From Ignavibacteria bacterium (GTDB lineage Bacteria; Bacteroidota; Ignavibacteria; Kapaibacteriales; UBA2268), in contig JAOAEE010000008.1 of NCBI GenBank assembly GCA_026416955.1, positions 90,608 to 154,607 on the forward strand: DNA of 64,000 nucleotides, given 5' to 3'. The notes under the pieces are model-generated. The model had not been told where the DNA came from. It worked only from the letters and a program-made list of their open reading frames with translations, and did not search any database. A program made the position numbers and the translations under genes. Shown in pieces: positions 20,725 to 29,077 of this stretch (the first letter of the stretch is position 1; every line of letters starts with the position of its first letter).

Positions 20725-21555
20725 ATGGAACAAAATAATGTAATAGTAATCAATAAAAGAATAAGGGCACTTCAACAAGAAATTGATGAACAAAAGAAGC
20801 TTCTTTTGGAGTTAGTTGAAAAATGGTATTATCTACGATATATTCTTAAACCCAAACTACAATTCGAATACGAAAAAATTTTTGGTGACCTTGAAAGCGA
20901 ACTTGAAGAGAAGGCTTTAATTTGTAGCAAGATGGAAAGAAAAATTGAGCTATTTTTTGTAAAAGTAAACAGAGGAATGAGAATAACACTCGATGTCTGG
21001 AATTTCATTGAAAAATCAGTCGAAGGAGTATCCGAAAAAAGGATGGATAATAAAAATGGAGTAAGCAATGACAATCATAAATCTTTCCATACTAATACTA
21101 CTATGGAAGGTAATGATAATCTTTTACAGGAACTAAGTCGAATGTACCGCGCCTTAGTTAAACAGTTGCACCCGGACGTTTCAGGAGAGACCGAATTCTT
21201 TAGGAAGTTTTGGGTCCCCATTCAAGATGCATATAAAGAAAAAAATTTTTCAAAAATTAGAATATTTTATAAAATATTAAGCAACGATTTTGATAATTTT
21301 GAATTTGAGGAGGATAAAATAAAAAAATTAGAAGAAGAATTAAAAGAACTTAGGTTAATGATTGGTATAGAAAAAAGATTGATTGAAAGGATGTTGCAAC
21401 AAGAACCTTTTATTTTTGAGAAAAATTTTTCAAATCCAATATGGATTGAGGAACACCGTAATAGGTTAAAAGAAAAAATAAAATTGTTAGATAAGCAAAT
21501 TGATTTTAACAAAAGGTTACTTCAGAAAATTCAAGAGAATTTGGAGGTTGAGTGA
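20725..21555 (+). CDS. hypothetical coiled-coil protein with J-domain-like segment
   Basis: 276 aa. The internal segment LSRMYRALVKQLHPDVSGETEFFRKFWVPIQDAYKE resembles a DnaJ J-domain with the HPD motif. The flanks are coiled-coil-rich. Confidence 0.35.
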   Translation: MEQNNVIVINKRIRALQQEIDEQKKLLLELVEKWYYLRYILKPKLQFEYEKIFGDLESELEEKALICSKMERKIELFFVKVNRGMRITLDVWNFIEKSVEGVSEKRMDNKNGVSNDNHKSFHTNTTMEGNDNLLQELSRMYRALVKQLHPDVSGETEFFRKFWVPIQDAYKEKNFSKIRIFYKILSNDFDNFEFEEDKIKKLEEELKELRLMIGIEKRLIERMLQQEPFIFEKNFSNPIWIEEHRNRLKEKIKLLDKQIDFNKRLLQKIQENLEVE

Positions 21556-21878
21556 GAGATATTTTTGAAAATGTGAGAAAAATTTCCGATTTAATATTAT
21601 TTCAAGAAAATTCAATTGTTAGTAAAGTTCTTTTTAAGACAAATTCTGGGAACATTACGCTATTTGCTTTTTGGAAAGAGCAAGAACTAAGTCCCCATAC
21701 CTCTCCTTTAGATGCTTTTGTATATTGTGTTGAGGGAGAAGGTTTAATTATAATTGATAACAAAGAACATTTTTTATCTTCTGGTGATGTTATTTTGATG
21801 CCTGCTAATCGTCCCCATTCTGTTAAAGCTTTATCAAATTTTAAAATTCTTCTGGTGATGATAAAGAATTCTGAATAG
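21552..21878 (+). CDS. cupin domain protein
   Basis: 108 aa with a GTG start overlapping the upstream stop. Cupin motifs G(X)5HXH-like (VYCVEGEGLIIID...GDVILMPANRPHSV). Confidence 0.55.
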   Translation: MRDIFENVRKISDLILFQENSIVSKVLFKTNSGNITLFAFWKEQELSPHTSPLDAFVYCVEGEGLIIIDNKEHFLSSGDVILMPANRPHSVKALSNFKILLVMIKNSE

Positions 21879-21889
21879 ATACAGGTTGA

Positions 21890-22906
21890 ATGATGGAAGC
21901 ACAAACAACTCCGAAATTAATTACCATTGACCGTCACATCAATGAGGAGCAAGACCTTCATCCCGAAGCGACTGGCGAATTTACTTTCTTGCTCCACGAT
22001 TTTACATTTGCAATTCGTTTGATTGAAAGAGAAATTAGGCGTGCTGGTCTAACCGATATTCTTGGTTTAACTGAGAACACAAACATCCATGGTGAAGCAG
22101 TTAGAAAACTTGACCAATTTGCTTTCGAAGTAATTTACCGAGCTATGGACCATAATGGAAATTTATGTGTGATGGCTTGCGAAGAATCTCAAGGTCTTAT
22201 GAAAATCCCGGAAAAGTATCCGAAAGGAAAGTACGTTTTGGTTTTCGACCCTCTCGATGGTTCCTCTAATATTGATGTAAATATTACTCTTGGTACTATA
22301 TTTGGCTTCTACAAAAGACTTGACCCAGATTTGAGGACCGATGGAAGCTTGGAAGATGTCTTGCAACCGGGAAGAAAACTTGTTGCTGCTGGTTATGTCC
22401 TTTTTGGAAGCAGTACAGTTTTTGTATATTCCACTGGTCATGGGGTCAATTTGTTTACCTACGACCCAACAGTTGGTGAATTCTTGTTAACTAAAAGAAA
22501 CATCAAAATACCAGAATGGAACAATCAATACTCTGTAAACGAAGGCTATTACCACAAATGGGACGAAAAATTTCAAAAGTACATTGATTTTATTAAAACC
22601 CCCTCTACAGATAAAAAGAGACCATACAGTCTCAGATATGTAGGTACTGCTGTTGCCGATGTCCATCGAGTTCTTATTTACGGGGGAATTTTTATGTATC
22701 CCGGCGATAAATCAAATCCGAACGGTAAGCTTCGCTTGATGTATGAAGCAAATCCGCTTTCTTTTGTGATTGAGCAAGCCGGTGGCTTGGCAACAGATGG
22801 GAAAATGAACATTTTGGACATTGTTCCCACTTCTGTCCATCAAAGAACCCCGTTGTTTATTGGAAGCAAAAGGAATGTAGAAGAGTTAATGGAATTTCTT
22901 TCTTAA
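21890..22906 (+). CDS. fbp: fructose-1,6-bisphosphatase class 1
   Basis: 338 aa. N-terminus LITIDRHINEEQDLHPEATGEFTFLL and GEAVRKLDQFA are typical of class I FBPase. Confidence 0.9.
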   Translation: MMEAQTTPKLITIDRHINEEQDLHPEATGEFTFLLHDFTFAIRLIEREIRRAGLTDILGLTENTNIHGEAVRKLDQFAFEVIYRAMDHNGNLCVMACEESQGLMKIPEKYPKGKYVLVFDPLDGSSNIDVNITLGTIFGFYKRLDPDLRTDGSLEDVLQPGRKLVAAGYVLFGSSTVFVYSTGHGVNLFTYDPTVGEFLLTKRNIKIPEWNNQYSVNEGYYHKWDEKFQKYIDFIKTPSTDKKRPYSLRYVGTAVADVHRVLIYGGIFMYPGDKSNPNGKLRLMYEANPLSFVIEQAGGLATDGKMNILDIVPTSVHQRTPLFIGSKRNVEELMEFLS

Positions 22907-23121
22907 TATTTTGAAATTCTGAAAAATAAATAGATTGTTACTGAAGTAAAATTGTTTATTGTTTTCTTAGTTTAGAAAATCTTTTTAAAAGGAATTCCAA
23001 TCTAAAACTTTAAGCGATACCAAGTTTTAATATCTTATATGACTAATTTTTAATTTTTTTTTAATTGTGAGTATATCTAACCTTAAATAATTTTGTAACT
23101 TGAAAACAATTTGGGAAAATA

Positions 23122-23892
23122 GTGAATTTTAAAAAAGAAAAATTTTTGTTTTTTGTTTTAATATCGTCTGCTTTGTTACTTGGTGGGATTTCCTTTCTAA
23201 TAATTGGGAAAAACTTTTTGTTTGCCGAATGGGGTAATGGAACGAAAAGCAGTAACACAAAAATACAGAACATAGAAGATTATGATATTTCAGAGTTTTT
23301 CTATTACAAGCAAGAAGGAAAATCCTCGTGGTATGGCAAGAGATTTCATAAAAGGAAAACCGCCAGTGGTGAAATATTTGATATGAATAAATTTAGTGCT
23401 GCTCATAGATTTTTGCCCTTTGGAACGATAGCAAGAGTAAAAAATACAGAAAACGATAAAGTAATTTTAGTAAAAATTAATGATAGAGGACCTTTTGTTT
23501 TTTCTAAAATAATCGATTTATCTTATTATTCTGCAGAGGTACTTGGTAGTCTTGGCAATTCGAATGTTGTTATAGAAGCATTAATACCCCAAGAAAAAAC
23601 CGAGATAGAACTTTCGGAACCTTATTTCTTTGGTATTTCGTATGAGTATCCATTAGTTTGTTTACCACAAAGTAAGATTGAAATAATAAAAGAGTTTAAT
23701 AGTTTTGATGAAGCAATAAGTTACTACGATTTTATTCAAAATAATTTGGACAACTTCTACTATATATTTGTCCCAATCAATCAAACTTACAAGAATATTT
23801 ATAATTATTCAGAAAGATACTTTATTGGTAGGTACCAAAATCGATTAGTTGAAAAAAATCCTTTCTATGTTGAAAAAGATAAATCTAAATAA
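23122..23892 (+). CDS. rlpA: septal ring lytic transglycosylase RlpA family (DPBB domain)
   Basis: 256 aa with a GTG start. SWYGKRFHKRKTASGEIFDMNKFSAAHRFLPFGTIARVKNTENDKVILVKINDRGPF is the RlpA double-psi beta-barrel signature. Confidence 0.75.
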   Translation: MNFKKEKFLFFVLISSALLLGGISFLIIGKNFLFAEWGNGTKSSNTKIQNIEDYDISEFFYYKQEGKSSWYGKRFHKRKTASGEIFDMNKFSAAHRFLPFGTIARVKNTENDKVILVKINDRGPFVFSKIIDLSYYSAEVLGSLGNSNVVIEALIPQEKTEIELSEPYFFGISYEYPLVCLPQSKIEIIKEFNSFDEAISYYDFIQNNLDNFYYIFVPINQTYKNIYNYSERYFIGRYQNRLVEKNPFYVEKDKSK

Positions 23893-23955
23893 ACACCATC
23901 CATCTATACAATTTTTAGTAACTTTGTAATTTGATGAAAATATTTTGGAGTAGAA

Positions 23956-25449
23956 GTGAAAAGGAATTTTTTATTAATCTTCGTTTTTATAGCTTTTTCA
24001 ATTATAATTCAAAGTTTTCAATGTGAATCCCCAGAAATGACTACTGCAAAACTTGCAATTCGAAACAAAGACCTCGACAAAGCAGAAATGAATTTAGAGA
24101 AGGAAATTCGAAACAATCCTTCGAACGCTGAAGCCTATATCATTCTTGCAGAAGTTAGACAAATGAAATACGATTTTATGGGTGCCGCACAAGCAATTAA
24201 TAGTTCCGACTCGATAATTAAAGATTTCCGTTTAAGAATTCAAGCAGAACAATTCAAAGGAAACCTTTGGAGGCTTTCTTATAATTTTGGAATTGATTTA
24301 TTCAATAGGTACTTCGCAACAAAAGAGATTAAATTCCTTGATTCTGCAATTAAAGTCTTTCAAGCGGGGGTTTATGTTCGACCTCAAATTTATGATTTTT
24401 ATCCTTTGATTGCACAAGCTTACGAAGTTAAAATGGATACTCAGAATGCAATAAAATATTATACAATGTATTCAGAAATGATTAAAGAAGAGTTGAATTT
24501 TAGCAAGGATTATGGAGTTTATCTTAAAATGCCTCGCGAAGATTTTATTTTAAAGGTTGGTAAACCCAATTATTCAAGAGGAATTCGATTTTCTCCAGAA
24601 AGAGATTCGATATTAATAGACAAGTTTGAAATAAAAGGTAAGGAAGTTTATTTGTATTCGAGTGACAAAGTTGGGTTTTTTACTGTTTTTGGTTGGAGAG
24701 TTAACCCTCCGAAACATTGGCTTAACGATGAAAAAGAACAACCGACAGAGTTGAATACAACCCCCTTCGCTGCTTTAGCACAAACCTATTTTAACCGTGG
24801 TGATTATGCAAATTCAGTAAAATACATTAAATATCTTCTCCTTCTTGAACCAGACAATTCCGAAGCTAATGCTTTTTTGGTTAACATTTATCAATTGGAA
24901 AATAAACAAGATGAAGCGATTAAGTTTGCTCAATCCCTTATTTATCAGGACCCCAAAAATAAATTGTATCACGCAATATATGGTGATATTTTGTTACAAT
25001 TAGGAAAGTACGACGATGCAATTGCAGAATATGAAAAGGCTCTTGAAATCGACCCAAATTATGACATCGTGATTAGAAATTGTGCTGCTGCTTATAAAAA
25101 TAAAGTTGCTATTATTCAAAAGAGACAAATCGAAGAAAACAAAATAAACGAAAAGGAATATATAGGGGATTTGGAAAAGTCCGCAAAATATTTTGAAAGA
25201 GCTAAAAGAACCCCCCGATTCGCAAATGATTTTGAACTCTACAAAGACCTTGCCGAAATTTACTTTGTTATGAATAAGCAAGACAACTTAAAGCAAATAG
25301 TTGCAGAAATGGAAGCATTGGATGCTCTTGTTAAGGATGAAGATAGAGAAGCCTACTTACTTGCCCTATTAAAAATTTATAGTTCTTTCCTTAAAGATGA
25401 AAAGAAAACAAAAGCTATACAAGACAGAATAGAAAATTTTAAAAAATAA
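23956..25449 (+). CDS. TPR-repeat protein, secreted
   Basis: 497 aa with a signal peptide and multiple TPR-like helical repeats (e.g. AIAEYEKALEIDPNYD). Confidence 0.6.
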   Translation: MKRNFLLIFVFIAFSIIIQSFQCESPEMTTAKLAIRNKDLDKAEMNLEKEIRNNPSNAEAYIILAEVRQMKYDFMGAAQAINSSDSIIKDFRLRIQAEQFKGNLWRLSYNFGIDLFNRYFATKEIKFLDSAIKVFQAGVYVRPQIYDFYPLIAQAYEVKMDTQNAIKYYTMYSEMIKEELNFSKDYGVYLKMPREDFILKVGKPNYSRGIRFSPERDSILIDKFEIKGKEVYLYSSDKVGFFTVFGWRVNPPKHWLNDEKEQPTELNTTPFAALAQTYFNRGDYANSVKYIKYLLLLEPDNSEANAFLVNIYQLENKQDEAIKFAQSLIYQDPKNKLYHAIYGDILLQLGKYDDAIAEYEKALEIDPNYDIVIRNCAAAYKNKVAIIQKRQIEENKINEKEYIGDLEKSAKYFERAKRTPRFANDFELYKDLAEIYFVMNKQDNLKQIVAEMEALDALVKDEDREAYLLALLKIYSSFLKDEKKTKAIQDRIENFKK

Positions 25450-25462
25450 AAGGAGTTGCTAA

Positions 25463-25786
25463 ATGGCAGACAAAAAAGAACCACAACCAATTCAACAACA
25501 AATCAATATTGAACTTGGTGAAAAAGAGGCCGAAGGGATATATTCCAATTTGGTGATACTTTCGCATAGCCCCGCAGAGTTTGTTTTTGATTTTACGAGA
25601 ATTTTACCCGGACTACCTAAAGGGAGAGTTTTGGCAAGAATTATTATGACCCCACAACACGCTAAATTGTTTATGCGGGCTTTGATTGAAAACATACAAA
25701 ACTATGAAAATCAATATGGAGAGATAAACATCGATAGGGGAGACAAAATTTTTCCGGGGATGGGAAATCCTCCAAAAATTAATTGA
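25463..25786 (+). CDS. DUF3467 family protein
   Basis: 107 aa. EGIYSNLVILSHSPAEFVFDF...ARIIMTPQHAKLFMRALIENIQNYENQYGEI matches the conserved DUF3467 pattern. Confidence 0.6.
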   Translation: MADKKEPQPIQQQINIELGEKEAEGIYSNLVILSHSPAEFVFDFTRILPGLPKGRVLARIIMTPQHAKLFMRALIENIQNYENQYGEINIDRGDKIFPGMGNPPKIN

Positions 25787-25951
25787 TTATTCATTTTCAT
25801 TGGCTAAAAGTGTTTATTCACTTTGAATTTAACGTGGCTTTATTTGTTAATGGGTCAAATTTTTTACTTACCCATAAACTATTTTTTTTATAATTTTTTT
25901 CGACCTTTACTTTAGTATATGAAAAGTCAAATAAGAAAAATTCAGTAATAA

Positions 25952-27667
25952 ATGTTTTCTGGTTCATACGTACTTGTTCTTCATACTCACTTACCTTGGG
26001 TAATCCACCACGGTACTTTCCCTCACGGTGTCGACTGGCTTAATGAAGCAGTTGCAGAATGTTATATACCTTTATTAAATGTTTTCAACCAGTTATTGGA
26101 AGAAGGAATACTACCAAAGGTAAACATCGATATTTCACCAGTGTTATGCGAGCAACTTGAACATCCCGATTTTCCAAAAATATTTGAAAACTATTGCAAA
26201 AATAAGATTGAACTTGCTCAAAAAGATGAAAAAAACTTTACTAATTGGGGATACCATCCACATCATATTTATTTGACAAAGTATTGGCAAAAATGGTATA
26301 GCGATAGGCTCGATGATTTTGTGAATAAGTACTCAAAATCGATAGTCAAATCATTAAAGACTTTGCAAGATTTAGGGGCAATTGAGATTTTCACTTGTGC
26401 TGCAACACACGGATACCTCCCCCTACTTGGGGACGATAGAAGTGTAGAATGTCAAATAAAAGTTGCAGTCGAAAACTATAAAAAACACTTTCAACGAGAA
26501 CCCAAAGGAATTTGGTTACCTGAATGTGCCTACAGACCTTCTTACATTTGGAAGACTTTAATTCCAGTGAATCCATATCACCAAGAACGTCTACGTCCAG
26601 GTTTGGAACAAATTCTTGCAAGATATGGATTGAATTATTTTATTACCGACCAGAATCTACTCGAAAGGTGTTTACCTATTGGTAGGTTTTTGGATTTAAG
26701 GAAAGAAAAAATAGAATTATTTAAAAATTTTAGTGGAAGCGCATTCGATATAAATCCACTGCGACTTGTGAATGTATCGTCAAGTGAAAGAGTTGAATAT
26801 GGTACTTCTGTCGTTTTTACACGTCACCAAATGATGTCGATGCAAGTTTGGAGTGGTGAAGTTGGATATCCGGCTGAACCAGACTATCTTGATTTCCATA
26901 AACGCCATCTCGATTCTATGTTGCGATATTGGAGAGTAACCGATAAAAAAGCTGATATGCTTTATAAAACTTTGTATTATCCCGATTGGACAGCAAGGAA
27001 AATAGACTTACAATCCAATCATTTTATTCATCATCTCGAAAATACTTTGAATTGGTTCTATAATAATTCTGGAATTCAAGGGACATTGTGTACACCTTTC
27101 GATACTGAACTCTTTGGTCATTGGTGGTTCGAAGGACCTGAGTTCATTCGAGCGGTTATAAAAGGTTTGAATTTTTCTCCTTGGGTCAAGATGGCAACTT
27201 GCAGTGAAGAACTTTTTAGGGTTCAACCAGATTTGATTGTGAAACTTCCAGAAGGTTCTTGGGGTGTCAATAATAATCACGACGTTTGGAGTAACCCCGA
27301 TACTTATTGGACCTGGGAGGCAATCTATAATGATGAGAAAAGATTTGGAGATATTATTGAAATTGCAAAACATAAACCAAACAATGAACTTGGAAAAAGA
27401 ATTTTAAAGCAAGCACTAAAAGAACTTTTACTACTTCAAGCGTCTGATTGGCAATTTCTTATCTATACAAAGTCTGCTAAAGATTATGCTGAACAAAGAT
27501 TTTTTTATCATCACTCCGACTTTAATGGTTTGATAGACCTTGTAGAAAAGGTACTTGAAGTTGGTGAAATAACCCCCGAAGAAGAACATTTTCTTACAGA
27601 ATGCGAGCGAAGGAACTCGTTGTTTCAGGAGCTGGAGATAGATTGGTGGAGTTTTAACCCTAAATAA
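25952..27667 (+). CDS. glycoside hydrolase family 57 (DUF1957) 1,4-alpha-glucan branching-type enzyme
   Basis: 571 aa. The N-terminus YVLVLHTHLPWVIHHGTFP is the GH57 catalytic N-terminal signature. Confidence 0.75.
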   Translation: MFSGSYVLVLHTHLPWVIHHGTFPHGVDWLNEAVAECYIPLLNVFNQLLEEGILPKVNIDISPVLCEQLEHPDFPKIFENYCKNKIELAQKDEKNFTNWGYHPHHIYLTKYWQKWYSDRLDDFVNKYSKSIVKSLKTLQDLGAIEIFTCAATHGYLPLLGDDRSVECQIKVAVENYKKHFQREPKGIWLPECAYRPSYIWKTLIPVNPYHQERLRPGLEQILARYGLNYFITDQNLLERCLPIGRFLDLRKEKIELFKNFSGSAFDINPLRLVNVSSSERVEYGTSVVFTRHQMMSMQVWSGEVGYPAEPDYLDFHKRHLDSMLRYWRVTDKKADMLYKTLYYPDWTARKIDLQSNHFIHHLENTLNWFYNNSGIQGTLCTPFDTELFGHWWFEGPEFIRAVIKGLNFSPWVKMATCSEELFRVQPDLIVKLPEGSWGVNNNHDVWSNPDTYWTWEAIYNDEKRFGDIIEIAKHKPNNELGKRILKQALKELLLLQASDWQFLIYTKSAKDYAEQRFFYHHSDFNGLIDLVEKVLEVGEITPEEEHFLTECERRNSLFQELEIDWWSFNPK

Positions 27668-29077
27668 ATGGGAAATGTAGTAAAAAATACCATTCTTGTT
27701 GGAATCTCAGAAATTTCTAGTAAAGGTATTATTGCTCTTGCGATGATAATTTTGGTAAGAACACTTTCCCCCGAAAGTTATGGTATCTATTCCTTAGCTA
27801 TCACATTAACATACTTGTTTATAGGTTTTATTCATTCTGGTTTTTATACAATTGGAATGAGAGAAATTGCGAAATATCCAGAACTTTCCAATAAATATGT
27901 AAATAATGTAACAACTCTCAAAATAATAATAAGTATAATTTCATTTGGTATTCTTTCCATTATTGTATTTTTTTTGGATAAACCAATCGAGGCCAAAATA
28001 GCCTTTCTTTTAGCGGGAGTTTTTCTATTTTTACTTGCTTTCCATATCGATTGGTTATTTCGTGGGCAGGATATAATGGAAATACCTTCAATAGGTAGTA
28101 TTCTTCAAGGAATCTCTCTTTTAATTTTTATTTTTTTGTTCGTTAAAGAAAAAAATGACTTTAAAGTTGCTGTTGTAACCTACCTTGTGTCGTGGTTTAT
28201 TTATATTTTTTTTGAACAACTTGTTTATACTCGCAAATATGGTTTACTGAAATTTGAACTCGATAAAGGTTTTTGTAAAACTTTAGTGAAAGCTTCCTTT
28301 CCAATTTCAATTTCCGCTTTAATTATTACTCTTTATGGCAATAATAATATTTTGATATTAAATTATTTCAAAGGGGATTACGAAACTGGGATTTATTCTG
28401 CTATGGTTAGGTTGATGAATTTATTGCTTTTACCGAACAGTGTACTTCAAATTGCATTCTTTCCAGAGTTATCGAGGTCGGTTTTGGATGGTACTCTTAA
28501 GCTTTCGCAAAGGCGCTATTTAGTAGTGCTATTTTCCATTGGTTTCTTTGCAATTTTTGGTATGTTTGGATACTCCAAAGAAATTATTGGTTTCTTTTTT
28601 GGTAAAAACTATTTGGCTGGTGACAATGTTTTTAAAATTTCATTAATTGCTTGCTTCTTTTCATATCTTAGTGCTTCTTCTGCGATTATTGCTGTCGCAC
28701 TTGATAAGCAAAAAACTTTGCTTCTTTCTACTATTAGTGGGGTTATAGTATCTATTTCATTAAACCTTCTTCTTGTTCCCAAATTTGGTGCAATTGGTGC
28801 TGTAGTTACTCTTTCAATAACGGAAATTATCGTATTCCTGGTTTTACTGATTTTAAATTGGAATAAGTCTTTTTTTGAACCTTACTTGGAATTGACGAAG
28901 CCTTTCCTAATAGGAATTTTATCACTTGGGGTATCGAAAACTATTGGAAATATTACATCAACATTATTTGGGATTTCTTCTTATGTGATTTTGTTTCTTC
29001 TTTTTGCATTCGCAACAAAATTAATAACTTTCGATATATTAAAGAAATTAATTAACATCAGAAATAACTCACAATAG
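27668..29077 (+). CDS. polysaccharide biosynthesis protein / oligosaccharide flippase (Wzx-like, MOP superfamily)
   Basis: 469 aa with about 12-14 predicted TM helices. Its start abuts the GH57 stop (TAAATG). Confidence 0.65.
   Translation: MGNVVKNTILVGISEISSKGIIALAMIILVRTLSPESYGIYSLAITLTYLFIGFIHSGFYTIGMREIAKYPELSNKYVNNVTTLKIIISIISFGILSIIVFFLDKPIEAKIAFLLAGVFLFLLAFHIDWLFRGQDIMEIPSIGSILQGISLLIFIFLFVKEKNDFKVAVVTYLVSWFIYIFFEQLVYTRKYGLLKFELDKGFCKTLVKASFPISISALIITLYGNNNILILNYFKGDYETGIYSAMVRLMNLLLLPNSVLQIAFFPELSRSVLDGTLKLSQRRYLVVLFSIGFFAIFGMFGYSKEIIGFFFGKNYLAGDNVFKISLIACFFSYLSASSAIIAVALDKQKTLLLSTISGVIVSISLNLLLVPKFGAIGAVVTLSITEIIVFLVLLILNWNKSFFEPYLELTKPFLIGILSLGVSKTIGNITSTLFGISSYVILFLLFAFATKLITFDILKKLINIRNNSQ

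Noticed and set aside
23081-23100. Bacteroidetes-type -7 promoter element (TAnnTTTG = TAATTTTG at 23088-23095) upstream of rlpA
   Set aside because: It matches the consensus, but such AT-rich octamers occur by chance frequently at this base composition. It is unclear whether this lineage uses the Bacteroidetes sigma-A motif, so it is not reported as a feature.
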